Shown here piece after piece: positions 49,689-59,013 of a stretch of DNA of 64,000 nucleotides (the first letter of the stretch is position 1; every line of letters begins with the position of its first letter). Under the pieces are notes generated by a model, which was not told the DNA's origin, ran no database searches, and was given only the letters and a program-made list of their open reading frames with translations. The stretch spans positions 26,204 to 90,203 of IMG/VR virus record IMGVR_UViG_3300022543_000001. One strand, 5' to 3'. This stretch comes from a virus. Lineage: Duplodnaviria; Caudoviricetes. The translations under genes were made by a program, and so were the position numbers.

Positions 49689-52637
49689 TTAAGAATTGCA
49701 ACTATTGCATCCACAATTATTAGGTTGTCCACATCCACAACTGTTTGCAGGGGCACATACATAATCTGGATTATACAGAGCTGCTAAATCTATTAATTCT
49801 TTTTTAACCAACCAATACTCATCTTGTTCAGGACAACAGTTACTAATACCATATCTTAATTCAAGAACTTGTCTGTACAAGATTTGCGATGATTTACATG
49901 AAATCTCTTCATACTTTTCAGCACTACAAGCCGGTGTGTTATAACCAGGTTTAATTCCTCTTTTAGGATATATTGGTGCAGGGCATACTCCATTATTACA
50001 TTCTCCAAAGACTTGGTAAAAACTTTGACAAGAAACTGTTGTTATTGTAGTAGGAGTTTGTTGTGGAATACTTGAGAAAGGTTTCCAAGTTCCTGAAGGA
50101 CAATCAGATTTTGATGGTGGTAAATAATACTGTGGATTCTCTGAAGAATTATTCATAATCCATTGAGTACCATTATAATAAATATATAATGATCCACTTG
50201 GTTCCCAAGAATTTTTAAAATTAATTAAAGTTCCTGATGCATTTAACACAGTATTAGTTACACTAGATCCAGTTGTTACTGTTCTAATTAAACAATCACA
50301 TCCTTCTGGTTCTAACCATTTGATTAAACAAATCTTAGGACTTGTTTCTCCTGGCTGTACAGTTACTGATTGAGTGTCTCCATAACAGTCAATGTAATCA
50401 TACGTGTATGCAACAGCATTATCATTTCTTACATTAGAGCAAATACATGGTGCTGTTGTTGCACAAGTAATACAATCTGTGTAAGAGTTAGTTACAGTAA
50501 CAATACTTGGGTTCTCAGGAATTACAATTAAGTCTACAGTATAACAACCATCACAGTTAGCAAGATTTACAACTTGATCTAGATATTGACTTAAGTCACT
50601 GAAAGTATCTATTGTTTCATCTGTATTACATTCAGTCAATCTATAGTAAGGTCTTTCACACGAAACACAATCAATAAAAGATGTAATAATTGTTATTGAT
50701 TGTATGGATGGTGGTGCATAGTTAATTAACTCTACTATAAAGCAACCACAGTCTGTTAACAATGTTTCACCTACATATTGTGATAAATCATCATAAGTAT
50801 ATTGAGTATTATATAATCCATTACAACTTGTTAGTTTATAAGCAATTATTTCCTGACACTCTTCACAAGTTCTAGAATTAAATACTACACTTACATCAAT
50901 TGCACAATCACAATCTTCGTCAGTAATTTCTACTAACCAGCATTCAGTATAACCAGCAATTTTTATTACATCATTATTTAAAGCATGCGGTAATAAAACA
51001 AATGAAGTACTGTAAAGAATGTTTTGATCATCTTCACAATCTATAAGCTTATAACATTTTTGTGGGCAGTCATTGTCAATACAATCTCCTAATGCAGTTA
51101 TTGTATAATTAGCAGTAGTATTTCCAACAATAGGTAATACTTTAGAACATAGTGTTAACCATGGTTGTGTAGCCGTTGGTGCAATCTGTAATAACTGATC
51201 TGTTTCATCTACATATTGAACGTAACTAATTCCTTCAGCTCCTTCAATATAGTAACAGATTGTATCACAGTCACATATAACATCAGCGTCAATATTTACA
51301 TCTACAGCATATTCACAATTAGAATCCTCTAACTCAGTTACATAAACACAACCAGTAAAATCACCATAACTAACAGATACAAATTCATTAATATAAATAT
51401 CTAAACCAGCTGTGTTACTTATAAATGGAGCAGTTACACCATCACATGGAATCAAAAAATAACATGGACATGTTAGTAAAAATTTATCTTCTATTGTACA
51501 TACAGGAACACCTAAACATTCATCTAAGGTATATCCATCTGGACATTCCCAAATACCAGGATCATTTGGATCTGGTACATATTGATTGATCATATTTTCA
51601 GTTGAAAATATAATATAGGGTTGTAAATTTGCAATTGTATTACCACAGTTTCCAGCACCTATTGCGGGAAATGTAAGAGAAGCTTGGAAAGTTGCAAGAT
51701 CAATATCATATATTTCACCTGCAAAAGCACCACTTGTGTTACCTACATTTATACCACCTAATCTTATAGTATGAGTACCTGCTGTTAATGTAACAGGGAA
51801 TACATGCCACCAATTAAATGGTGCAGTACCACCACTACCTCCTGTATTTAAATATACATTTAATACACCATCAACATAAAGCTTAACTTTATTATCTCCA
51901 GCTATACCAATTAAATACTGTTTTGTAGAAGCAACTTCAATACAATACTCAAAAGCTAATTCTGGACCATCTCCTGTAGTTACATTATAAGCAGTATTCC
52001 ATAAACCTGCAATATTTAATCTTCCTCCATAATTACTTGAACCACCAGCAAATGTTGAACAAGCTGTAGGTGTTTCACATCCCCATAAAGTTGATTGTAC
52101 TCCTGCTATAAGAGGAGTAATAGTAGCTCCGGCACCATTATTAGCTTTTACTAAATATGGAGTTCCACTACCAAGGAGTGGTTTAGTACTAGATGTAATA
52201 TCTGGATACAGTCTTAAACCAAATTTGTTATATGATTGCTCATTAGCTCCAGCATTTAGTTTTACTGTAGAACCTGTATAGGTAGCTTCTATGATAATTG
52301 TTTCAATACATTCACCATCTACTTCTACATAGCCTTCTGGACATTCACATGTTGTTGTTGTACATGGTGCACATTTTACATCATTACATCCAGTTGCAGA
52401 ATTTAATGCAGCATTTGATGGTGCAATAGGATATGAAACTGATGTTTGACTAGTAAGTGATTCTATAAAATAACAGTAGTCAGGTTCTAATGATCCACCA
52501 CTCCCTACAAAAGGAGTAACACCTTGATAAACATATACATCACCAGATGTAATAGAAAGGCTGCCTGTAAAATAAATTACACTGCCATCACAACATTTTG
52601 TAAATTTAAAATAAGGGAATAATGTGGATACACTCAT
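49689..52637 (-). CDS. Very Cys-rich surface/fibre protein with PA14-like jelly-roll and tandem Y-x-L-x-x-C repeats (982 aa)
   Basis: GDNKVKLYVDG...VTLTAGTHTIRL (PA14-like); YKLIDC / YKLTSC / YRLTEC repeats; CPEGY and CPDGY EGF-like turns. Confidence 0.55.
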   Translation of the reverse strand: MSVSTLFPYFKFTKCCDGSVIYFTGSLSITSGDVYVYQGVTPFVGSGGSLEPDYCYFIESLTSQTSVSYPIAPSNAALNSATGCNDVKCAPCTTTTCECPEGYVEVDGECIETIIIEATYTGSTVKLNAGANEQSYNKFGLRLYPDITSSTKPLLGSGTPYLVKANNGAGATITPLIAGVQSTLWGCETPTACSTFAGGSSNYGGRLNIAGLWNTAYNVTTGDGPELAFEYCIEVASTKQYLIGIAGDNKVKLYVDGVLNVYLNTGGSGGTAPFNWWHVFPVTLTAGTHTIRLGGINVGNTSGAFAGEIYDIDLATFQASLTFPAIGAGNCGNTIANLQPYIIFSTENMINQYVPDPNDPGIWECPDGYTLDECLGVPVCTIEDKFLLTCPCYFLIPCDGVTAPFISNTAGLDIYINEFVSVSYGDFTGCVYVTELEDSNCEYAVDVNIDADVICDCDTICYYIEGAEGISYVQYVDETDQLLQIAPTATQPWLTLCSKVLPIVGNTTANYTITALGDCIDNDCPQKCYKLIDCEDDQNILYSTSFVLLPHALNNDVIKIAGYTECWLVEITDEDCDCAIDVSVVFNSRTCEECQEIIAYKLTSCNGLYNTQYTYDDLSQYVGETLLTDCGCFIVELINYAPPSIQSITIITSFIDCVSCERPYYRLTECNTDETIDTFSDLSQYLDQVVNLANCDGCYTVDLIVIPENPSIVTVTNSYTDCITCATTAPCICSNVRNDNAVAYTYDYIDCYGDTQSVTVQPGETSPKICLIKWLEPEGCDCLIRTVTTGSSVTNTVLNASGTLINFKNSWEPSGSLYIYYNGTQWIMNNSSENPQYYLPPSKSDCPSGTWKPFSSIPQQTPTTITTVSCQSFYQVFGECNNGVCPAPIYPKRGIKPGYNTPACSAEKYEEISCKSSQILYRQVLELRYGISNCCPEQDEYWLVKKELIDLAALYNPDYVCAPANSCGCGQPNNCGCNSCNS

Positions 52638-52639
52638 GA

Positions 52640-52825
52640 TTACTTTTTATTATATCTATTTGGACCCCATGGTTTTGGTTCTGCACTTTTAATTGTGTCT
52701 GATAATACCTTAATGGAATTCTCATAACTTTGTATACAGTTTTTACAAACAAATACTCCGTTAGATGCTTTCTTCTTCTGACATCCGCAAGTTAACTTTG
52801 CTTTACAATTTGGACATGCACTCAT
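52640..52825 (-). CDS. Small Cys-rich (CxxC...CGC...CxxC) protein, possible Zn binder
   Basis: MSACPNCKAKLTCGCQ...VCKNC; A-rich initiation region; abuts both neighbours. Confidence 0.6.
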   Translation of the reverse strand: MSACPNCKAKLTCGCQKKKASNGVFVCKNCIQSYENSIKVLSDTIKSAEPKPWGPNRYNKK

Positions 52826-52846
52826 TTCTGTTGGTTTTTAAATTAT

Positions 52847-53389
52847 TTAACAATTTACACAACTCATTTTTTTCAAGAGTTTCATTGCATAGTTGTACAA
52901 GCTCATTCCTTTCTGAGGCTCGTGACATGTTTCTACTTTTGATATTGCAGCTTGAAGATACATAAAAATTAATCTTAATGCTTCTAACTTCTCTTTAATA
53001 ACAAAAGGAGGATCACATGCATTTACATCTACTTGACATAAAACTTTGTTGTATAGGTTTAATGCTTTTGATATTCTTAAATGATTGTACTCTACGTACA
53101 CTTGATCATTTGGTGATACACTATATTTAATTATATAAATTCCATCTGGAATATCTACATAACTTGAACCACAGTCTGCTGTTTGTAAACCTAAATCACA
53201 AGCAGTTATGTTTTTAATAAATCCTGAACTAACAGGTAATTCAACTGAATAATTAAAACCTGGTACAGTAATAGCCAATGTCTCACACACAACTGGAATT
53301 AGATCTGTGTAAACACTAGTATCCATAACAGTTAATATACATGTATTTAAAACTGTAGGTACTTCTAAACTTAAGACGTGATTTGCCAT
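52847..53389 (-). CDS. Tail-hub-like structural protein
   Basis: IPDGIYIIKYSVSP motif plus a helical C-terminus resemble crAss-like tail hub proteins by recollection; synteny. Confidence 0.5.
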   Translation of the reverse strand: MANHVLSLEVPTVLNTCILTVMDTSVYTDLIPVVCETLAITVPGFNYSVELPVSSGFIKNITACDLGLQTADCGSSYVDIPDGIYIIKYSVSPNDQVYVEYNHLRISKALNLYNKVLCQVDVNACDPPFVIKEKLEALRLIFMYLQAAISKVETCHEPQKGMSLYNYAMKLLKKMSCVNC

Positions 53390-53397
53390 AGTGTATA

Positions 53398-53440
53398 ATA
53401 AAAAAAGGGGATAGGAGTTTAGAACTCTTCTCCCCTTTAT
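53398..53440 (-). terminator. Rho-independent terminator
   Basis: Minus strand AAGGGGAGAAGAGTTCTAAACTCCTATCCCCTT hairpin followed by a T run, after the 560-aa gene. Confidence 0.8.
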
Positions 53441-53464
53441 TGTTTTTAAAATTGAGTTGCTTGA

Positions 53465-55147
53465 TTAGTTACAAGCAATTGTGTTGTAAGGATTGTAAAC
53501 TGGAATTGCAGGGAAGTTAACTGGAACATCACATTCAGTTACACATGCAAATGCATCATCAATTTCACAAACTCCACACCCTTCTAACCAAGTTGTTACA
53601 TCAGTGTTGAATTGAGTTAATGGATCAATTGAGTAAACTTCCAATAAGTATTGGTCATTGTCAAATGTTCCAGATGGATTGTTGAAACGTGGTACACTAT
53701 GCAAGATAGCATATCTGTAATACAATTCATTTCTGTCAATTGCACTAACAATTTGATTTCCTTGAGTAATCTCACGGATACGTAAGTCAGTTGCCATGAA
53801 GTTTTGTCTGTAAGATTCAGATAATTTCAAGTCTCTTAAAATTGTTTCTCCTAAACCTTGAGCTTGTAAACCTTGACATTCAGTAACAACACATGTACCA
53901 TCAAATACACATGGATCACCTGTTAAGTCAACCTCAGATGCATACAATCTAACTGGCTCAACTTCATAGAAGTCAGTTACTTGGAATGTACAATCACCAA
54001 ATTTAGTATCAACATATGCTCCGTTTAAGATCAAACCTGCACAAGCTCCGTCTGTATGACCACCAGATACATAGTTATTCCAAGTATCAGCATCATTAGC
54101 AGCTAAGAATGTAGCAGATGTTCCTGGTGCATACCAAAGAACTCCGTCCTCATCTTGTACAACAACTTGTACAAATGGAGATACAATTGGGCTGTTAGTA
54201 ATAGCATCTGCCCATTTGATCATTACCTCAGTAGAGTCAACTGCAACTGGTGCAATAGCTCCTTCTGGACAACAACCTGTGTAAGCATCAGCAGTATAGT
54301 AAGCATTGTGATCTAAGAATCTCATTGCAGGAGAACCTTTGATGTCCAAACGTAAACTATATGTTTCACCACACAAGAACTCTTTGCAACAGTTGTAATC
54401 TACACCACAACCTGTTTGTGCATGAGCAGCAGTTACAGTAGCAATTGTAACAATAGCATTTCCAGCTGTACCATCAGCATAAGGAATAGTAACTGTATTA
54501 CCTGCAGCATATCCTTTTCCTGGGTTAATAATAACAACTGAGTTAGCAGCTACTTTACCACCAGCAGTAGTGTTGTAAGAAATTACTAAACCTGTTCCTG
54601 TTCCTGTAGTAGTTACTGGAGCAGCAATAACACCTGTTGCAGATGTAGCATATAATGTGTTAGTACCACCAATAGTACCGTTTACTGTCAAGATACCACC
54701 ACCTGCAGTCCAGTAAGTAGAACCTACGTGAATTACATTGTTTTGTGGAGCACATGGAGCAACAGTATAGTATTTAGATACATACTTAGGGTTGATCATT
54801 TTAGACTTGTTAGTCTCTAAGTAACCACCTGCTAAAGGACCAATTTTGTCATTTGCAAAAATTGCTGAACCAGCAAGATATACATTACAACAATTTTCTG
54901 GTGTAATAGTCAAGTTAGTTTTTGGATCAAAGATACCAATGTATCCTGTTTCTGTAGAAGAATTAGTTAAAGCTGCATTAGCTTTTAACTGATTCAATCC
55001 GTAAGTTGGTACACCTTCTGTAGTTACATAACCACCAGCAGTAGTTGTAGCAATTGTACTTCCATCAGGGAAAGTAACAGCATAGCCAGTTTGAGTAACC
55101 CCAGAGGCTAAGAATGCTTTTTGAAAAGCATGATTAAAATAAGCCAT
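53465..55147 (-). CDS. Auxiliary capsid-like / abundant structural protein with inserted Gly/Thr-rich beta module
   Basis: Flanked by its own upstream motif and terminator, as expected for an abundant structural gene; position matches the crAss-like auxiliary capsid gene. Confidence 0.5.
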   Translation of the reverse strand: MAYFNHAFQKAFLASGVTQTGYAVTFPDGSTIATTTAGGYVTTEGVPTYGLNQLKANAALTNSSTETGYIGIFDPKTNLTITPENCCNVYLAGSAIFANDKIGPLAGGYLETNKSKMINPKYVSKYYTVAPCAPQNNVIHVGSTYWTAGGGILTVNGTIGGTNTLYATSATGVIAAPVTTTGTGTGLVISYNTTAGGKVAANSVVIINPGKGYAAGNTVTIPYADGTAGNAIVTIATVTAAHAQTGCGVDYNCCKEFLCGETYSLRLDIKGSPAMRFLDHNAYYTADAYTGCCPEGAIAPVAVDSTEVMIKWADAITNSPIVSPFVQVVVQDEDGVLWYAPGTSATFLAANDADTWNNYVSGGHTDGACAGLILNGAYVDTKFGDCTFQVTDFYEVEPVRLYASEVDLTGDPCVFDGTCVVTECQGLQAQGLGETILRDLKLSESYRQNFMATDLRIREITQGNQIVSAIDRNELYYRYAILHSVPRFNNPSGTFDNDQYLLEVYSIDPLTQFNTDVTTWLEGCGVCEIDDAFACVTECDVPVNFPAIPVYNPYNTIACN

Positions 55148-55181
55148 TTGTTCTAAGTTTTAATTTATAAATATATACTAT

Positions 55182-55191
55182 AATATACAAA
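55182..55191 (-). promoter_or_regulatory. Recurrent intergenic motif TTTGTATATT
   Basis: Upstream of the 560-aa structural gene. Confidence 0.5.
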
Positions 55192-55211
55192 AAGTTTTTG
55201 AAATAACAAAA

Positions 55212-55730
55212 TTATTTCAAGAAAAGCAGTTTGTATTTCGTTGAATTAATTGCATCTTTAACTAAATCTAAGTTATTTACAATCTCAGAGTACGGCATCA
55301 TACCCTGAAGTTTGTTAATTGTGTTATACATATCTCTAAGATATCCTACAGCATCTGCTACAGTATCTAAAGTTCTGATAGGCATATCAGTATAAGTTAA
55401 AAGTTTTTCTGCAACACCTTGGTACCCTTCAATCAATGTATCAGCATGTCCATGCAAACCATCATAAAAATCATTAAGAGCTTTGTGTGCTGCATAAGAA
55501 CCCTCTCCCTTAACTTTTAAGTGAAGTCTATGAAAACTTATTGCAGCATTCATCATCTCTGTTGCACAAGCTGCAGTCATTGTATCTAATGAACTACCTC
55601 CTACTCCAGTATCAGGTGTAGGTTGTGGTTTACCCGGTTCACTCTTAGGTTGTGTTACAGTAACTTCTGGTCTACCTAAAATTTTTGTAGGTTCAGTAGT
55701 TCTTTTTAACATTCTAGGTTTTGCTTCCAT
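55212..55730 (-). CDS. Ferritin/Dps-like four-helix protein (DUF5856-like by recollection)
   Basis: FHRLHLKVKGEGSYAAHKALNDFYDGLHGHADTLIEGYQG matches the Dps-like H...H..SYA.H.AL..FY..L..D...E pattern. Confidence 0.7.
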   Translation of the reverse strand: MEAKPRMLKRTTEPTKILGRPEVTVTQPKSEPGKPQPTPDTGVGGSSLDTMTAACATEMMNAAISFHRLHLKVKGEGSYAAHKALNDFYDGLHGHADTLIEGYQGVAEKLLTYTDMPIRTLDTVADAVGYLRDMYNTINKLQGMMPYSEIVNNLDLVKDAINSTKYKLLFLK

Positions 55731-55737
55731 AATTTAT

Positions 55738-56436
55738 TTAGTTATTGCGTTCTGCAGATTCTTGACTTCTTGAAAATTGATTTCCTGATTCAATATCTCC
55801 AGCAATTATACTTACTGCTTCGTCTATTATTACTTCTATAATATCATCTTTAAATTCAGATTGTACATCTACTGTAGAGATAAGTCCGGTGTAGGGATCA
55901 GAACAATCTTTAATTTGGATTTTTCTTGGTTGTCTGTAGTATGTAAGATATGCTTCTTCAACCTCAAACTCATTGTTAGTGTAAATATTGATATCATTGT
56001 TTATCAATGTAGCAAATGTTTCACCCCACTCAAAGTTTGGTTGTTTAGATTTATCTCTTAACAGTTGACTTAAGTTTCCTTCTTCTGCTAAATAAACAGT
56101 CATCCTTCTACTATCACAACAATCTTTTTTAGCAAAAGCATCTACTCTTTTCCACTGTAAATAGTTATCAGGAAGATCTGCAAAATAATAGTCTGTCTTT
56201 TTTGTAGTGACAATTGGTTCTTTAATCAAAAGTTTTTGTAAATCATCCTTTCTCCTATTAGATTGCTCATCACCTTCCTTAACCACATTAATACCATGAA
56301 GCTGTCTTCTTACCCATTCTACCTGAGCTTTATTAAAAGACTCAACTACTTGCCAGCAGGTTATGTTGTCATAATCCTGACTGTCCAGCTTGTTAAGCCT
56401 TTGCTTCATCTTTATGGTTATAGTACTGTTTAACAT
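55738..56436 (-). CDS. Tail ring / head-tail connector protein
   Basis: KQRLNKLDSQDY...FNKAQVEWV N-terminal helices and YLTYYRQP core resemble crAss-like ring proteins. Confidence 0.6.
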   Translation of the reverse strand: MLNSTITIKMKQRLNKLDSQDYDNITCWQVVESFNKAQVEWVRRQLHGINVVKEGDEQSNRRKDDLQKLLIKEPIVTTKKTDYYFADLPDNYLQWKRVDAFAKKDCCDSRRMTVYLAEEGNLSQLLRDKSKQPNFEWGETFATLINNDINIYTNNEFEVEEAYLTYYRQPRKIQIKDCSDPYTGLISTVDVQSEFKDDIIEVIIDEAVSIIAGDIESGNQFSRSQESAERNN

Positions 56437-56443
56437 AATCTAG

Positions 56444-56872
56444 TTATTTTTTTCTTTTTACAGCACCACCTTGTTTCTGTTTGTACATGCTATCCATCAT
56501 AGGTGTATAAGACTTTTGTTTATTAGTCAAAGAATCCATCATTGTTTTTGACATAGCTGGTTTTTTTGGACTACCATATTTATCTCTATTTTGTTGTGAA
56601 ATAGCTTGTCTTTGTAAATAATCCTCCTGAGAACTAGAAGCAGAAGATCTATATTTAGTCTTATCATAATCAAGAATTGATTGATTTACACTATCCACAT
56701 TAGATATAGGATTTGGTGCCATAGATGCATACTTTGGATCCATAGATTCATACATTGCATTTACCTCAATTCCATTTCTAGCTTTAGCTAAAGAATTTTT
56801 TACAACTTTTTGTCTAGACTCATTTGCTTTTCTAAAAAAAGTTAATGGGTTTTCTTTATTAGTCTTTTTCAT
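56444..56872 (-). CDS. Basic low-complexity protein ending in QKQGGAVKRKK
   Basis: ORF track; contains KARNG and KQGG motifs shared with the cargo proteins. Confidence 0.6.
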   Translation of the reverse strand: MKKTNKENPLTFFRKANESRQKVVKNSLAKARNGIEVNAMYESMDPKYASMAPNPISNVDSVNQSILDYDKTKYRSSASSSQEDYLQRQAISQQNRDKYGSPKKPAMSKTMMDSLTNKQKSYTPMMDSMYKQKQGGAVKRKK

Positions 56873-56873
56873 T

Positions 56874-57029
56874 TTATTTGTTTTTTGCCATTGCTTTAAA
56901 AGTTCTTGCCAAAGCTTTTCTCTTTGGGGTACATGTAGGTTTTGACATAGGGGTACAATAACCTTTATGTTTAGGATTAACTGCTTTTTGAATCCACTTC
57001 TTATCAGTTTTTTTCTTTGCAGTAGCCAT
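56874..57029 (-). CDS. Small Lys-rich protein (51 aa), not in ORF track
   Basis: Manual translation MATAKKKTDKKWIQKAVNPKHKGYCTPMSKPTCTPKRKALARTFKAMAKNK*; fills the gap with 1-2 nt spacing to both neighbours. Confidence 0.75.
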   Translation of the reverse strand: MATAKKKTDKKWIQKAVNPKHKGYCTPMSKPTCTPKRKALARTFKAMAKNK

Positions 57030-57031
57030 GA

Positions 57032-57274
57032 TTACTTTTTCTTAGCTTTTCTTTTTGCACCAGTAATGATATCTGCTCTTGTAATTTTATTTTTTGGAGC
57101 AGCTAATGCAGCTAACTTAGCACGTTTTGAAACAGTACCACCTTTTTTCATCATTCCATTTTTACCATCTGTTTGACCAGCACCAGCAGCATAAGGAATA
57201 CCAGCAGCAATAGAACCACCTTTTGCCATTTTCTTTTTGTTCATTGCACCTCCGCAACTCATACAATTACCCAT
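57032..57274 (-). CDS. Small Lys/Gly-rich protein (80 aa)
   Basis: ORF track; MAKGG and MKKGG motifs; KITRADII motif; poly-Lys tail. Confidence 0.7.
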   Translation of the reverse strand: MGNCMSCGGAMNKKKMAKGGSIAAGIPYAAGAGQTDGKNGMMKKGGTVSKRAKLAALAAPKNKITRADIITGAKRKAKKK

Positions 57275-57292
57275 GATATTTTATTTTAAAAA

Positions 57293-57565
57293 TTAACAAT
57301 TCCATTTTCTTAAAGCAAGAGCTTTTCTAGTTGGTTTTCCTTTCTCATCCTTCATAGGACCTTTTACCCCAGACATTCTAGCACAAAAAGATTTTCTTCT
57401 ATTTGCATCTTTACTACCTGGTTTAAGTTTTGATGGTTTAGTTGTTACAGCCATCTTAAGTTTACTTCCAGGATTTTCTCTTCTGTAGGAAGCCACACCT
57501 TTAGCATTTAATCCTCCAGAAGGGTTCTTACCTTCTTTTCTTGTCCAAGCTGCTGTCTTTGCCAT
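57293..57565 (-). CDS. Small basic protein (DUF6321-like by recollection)
   Basis: AWTRKEGKNPSGGLNAKG...RRKSFCARM...LRKWNC, a family widespread in aquatic phages. Confidence 0.7.
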   Translation of the reverse strand: MAKTAAWTRKEGKNPSGGLNAKGVASYRRENPGSKLKMAVTTKPSKLKPGSKDANRRKSFCARMSGVKGPMKDEKGKPTRKALALRKWNC

Positions 57566-57720
57566 TACCCTTTCTTTTTAGTAGCCGCCTTGATTTTCTT
57601 CTCTTGTTTTAACATTTCCTTAGTAGGTTTCTTTCCAGAACCTTTAGCAGCACGGATGTTATCCCAGAGACCTCTCTGGGACACACTACCGTCTTTTCTT
57701 TTTAGCATTTGCTTTGGCAT
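57565..57720 (-). CDS. Small Lys-rich protein (51 aa), not in ORF track
   Basis: MPKQMLKRKDGSVSQRGLWDNIRAAKGSGKKPTKEMLKQERKIKAATKKKG*; TAATG overlap with the next gene. Confidence 0.75.
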   Translation of the reverse strand: MPKQMLKRKDGSVSQRGLWDNIRAAKGSGKKPTKEMLKQEKKIKAATKKKG

Positions 57721-57722
57721 GA

Positions 57723-57893
57723 CTATTTAGTTGGAACAGCTTTTTTAGGAGCTTTAGAAATACCACCAACTTTACCTTTAGGAGAAGTTTGTTTCTGTAC
57801 ATTTTTGTTTGTACCTCCAACTTTTCCACCAGGAGTTTTATCTGCAGACATTAATTTTTTAGATTTAGTCTTAGTAACATTTGCATTTTTCAT
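57723..57893 (-). CDS. Small Lys/Gly-rich protein (56 aa) with internal repeat, not in ORF track
   Basis: MKNANVTKTKSKKLMSADKTPGGKVGGTNKNVQKQTSPKGKVGGISKAPKKAVPTK*; PxGKVGG occurs twice. Confidence 0.7.
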   Translation of the reverse strand: MKNANVTKTKSKKLMSADKTPGGKVGGTNKNVQKQTSPKGKVGGISKAPKKAVPTK

Positions 57894-57905
57894 TTTATCT
57901 TTATT

Positions 57906-58922
57906 TTAAGAGTTCCAATACTTTTCACATGAAGCAATCATGTCTTTTAAAATATCCTCATTTAAAGGATTTTTTAAATGCTCAAGTACATCTGACACAT
58001 TTCTTCCAAGTAAACTATTTGTTTTAGCATGATAAATATAACCATCAGGCTTACTTATAATATACTTAAAAAATGTGGAATCACGTACAATTGATTTAAT
58101 TTTTAATGTTTCCATATCTAAATTAACTGCATCATTAAATGTTTTTGCAGCTCTTTCTTTGTTAGATTCAGCACCATCACCAGAAATATATCTATCCATA
58201 TTTTCATAGATAACATCCAATGGTGTTGACTTTCTATACTGAGAACTATTAGCATCAACTACTTTAGCAATGTAGAATAACTTAGTACTATTCTTGTCAA
58301 ATAATTTCTGAAGTTCAGACAATGCTCTGTTACGCAATTTCTTATATTCAGTTCTTACCATAACAGTTTCTTCTTCCTTATCTAGGTAGAATTTTGGTGG
58401 TGTTGGTTTTGATCTTGCATCATCATAACTTTTTGCAATCATTGCAAACCCACCTGCTTCAATTGCATGAAGTTTAATTCTGTCAAAAGGTTTTATTGGA
58501 TCTAAGTACACTGGTTCATTCCCACAAGCCATACTTATTTTATTCCAAAATTCTTTGTTATCTGGTTTAAGTAATTTTACTTTATTCCAGAAATCTTTAT
58601 CATCAACGTCAAGAATATTAGCAGCAAGTTCTCTCTCTAATTCAGCAACAGAGAATCTTATTTCTTTGATTCTTGCATCTCTATCTTCAATACTAAGTAA
58701 TTTAATTTCAGGTGCAAATTCATTCAATCCTGTAATATATCTAATTACTCCGTTGTTTTCTAAACATGCTAATTGTTCATTATGAGTTACTCCGTCATAA
58801 AGACTCATCCCATAATCTTCAAGCCCCATGTTTCCAGCTTGTTTGTCAAAATAAGGTCTAACTGCAATAGATGTTTTTTTAATACTGCCGACACCTACTT
58901 CGACCATTGTGAAATTTTCCAT
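57906..58922 (-). CDS. Conserved capsid-module protein of unknown function (338 aa)
   Basis: ORF track; directly downstream of the major capsid gene, as in crAss-like gene order. Confidence 0.6.
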   Translation of the reverse strand: MENFTMVEVGVGSIKKTSIAVRPYFDKQAGNMGLEDYGMSLYDGVTHNEQLACLENNGVIRYITGLNEFAPEIKLLSIEDRDARIKEIRFSVAELERELAANILDVDDKDFWNKVKLLKPDNKEFWNKISMACGNEPVYLDPIKPFDRIKLHAIEAGGFAMIAKSYDDARSKPTPPKFYLDKEEETVMVRTEYKKLRNRALSELQKLFDKNSTKLFYIAKVVDANSSQYRKSTPLDVIYENMDRYISGDGAESNKERAAKTFNDAVNLDMETLKIKSIVRDSTFFKYIISKPDGYIYHAKTNSLLGRNVSDVLEHLKNPLNEDILKDMIASCEKYWNS

Positions 58923-58964
58923 TTTGTTGTTGGTTTTTAATTAATAAGTTTTGTATTCTAAAAG

Positions 58965-59002
58965 TAAAAAAGGGGTAGGCTATTAAACCTACCCCGTTTT
59001 TT
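58965..59002. terminator. Rho-independent terminator after major capsid gene (possibly bidirectional)
   Basis: GGGGTAGG-ctattaaa-CCTACCCC stem with T/A runs on both sides. Confidence 0.85.
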
Positions 59003-59013
59003 ATAGTGTCTGG

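Noticed and set aside
49655-49762. Track start of the 601-aa ORF (and track starts at 47970 and 61941)
   Set aside because: These upstream ATGs overlap the previous gene or the promoter-like motif; the downstream ATGs fit spacing and initiation context better.
47098-52637. Diversity-generating retroelement target/template repeats in fibre genes
   Set aside because: No reverse transcriptase and no long near-identical nucleotide repeat pair seen in the window by eye; a dot-plot would be needed to exclude it fully.
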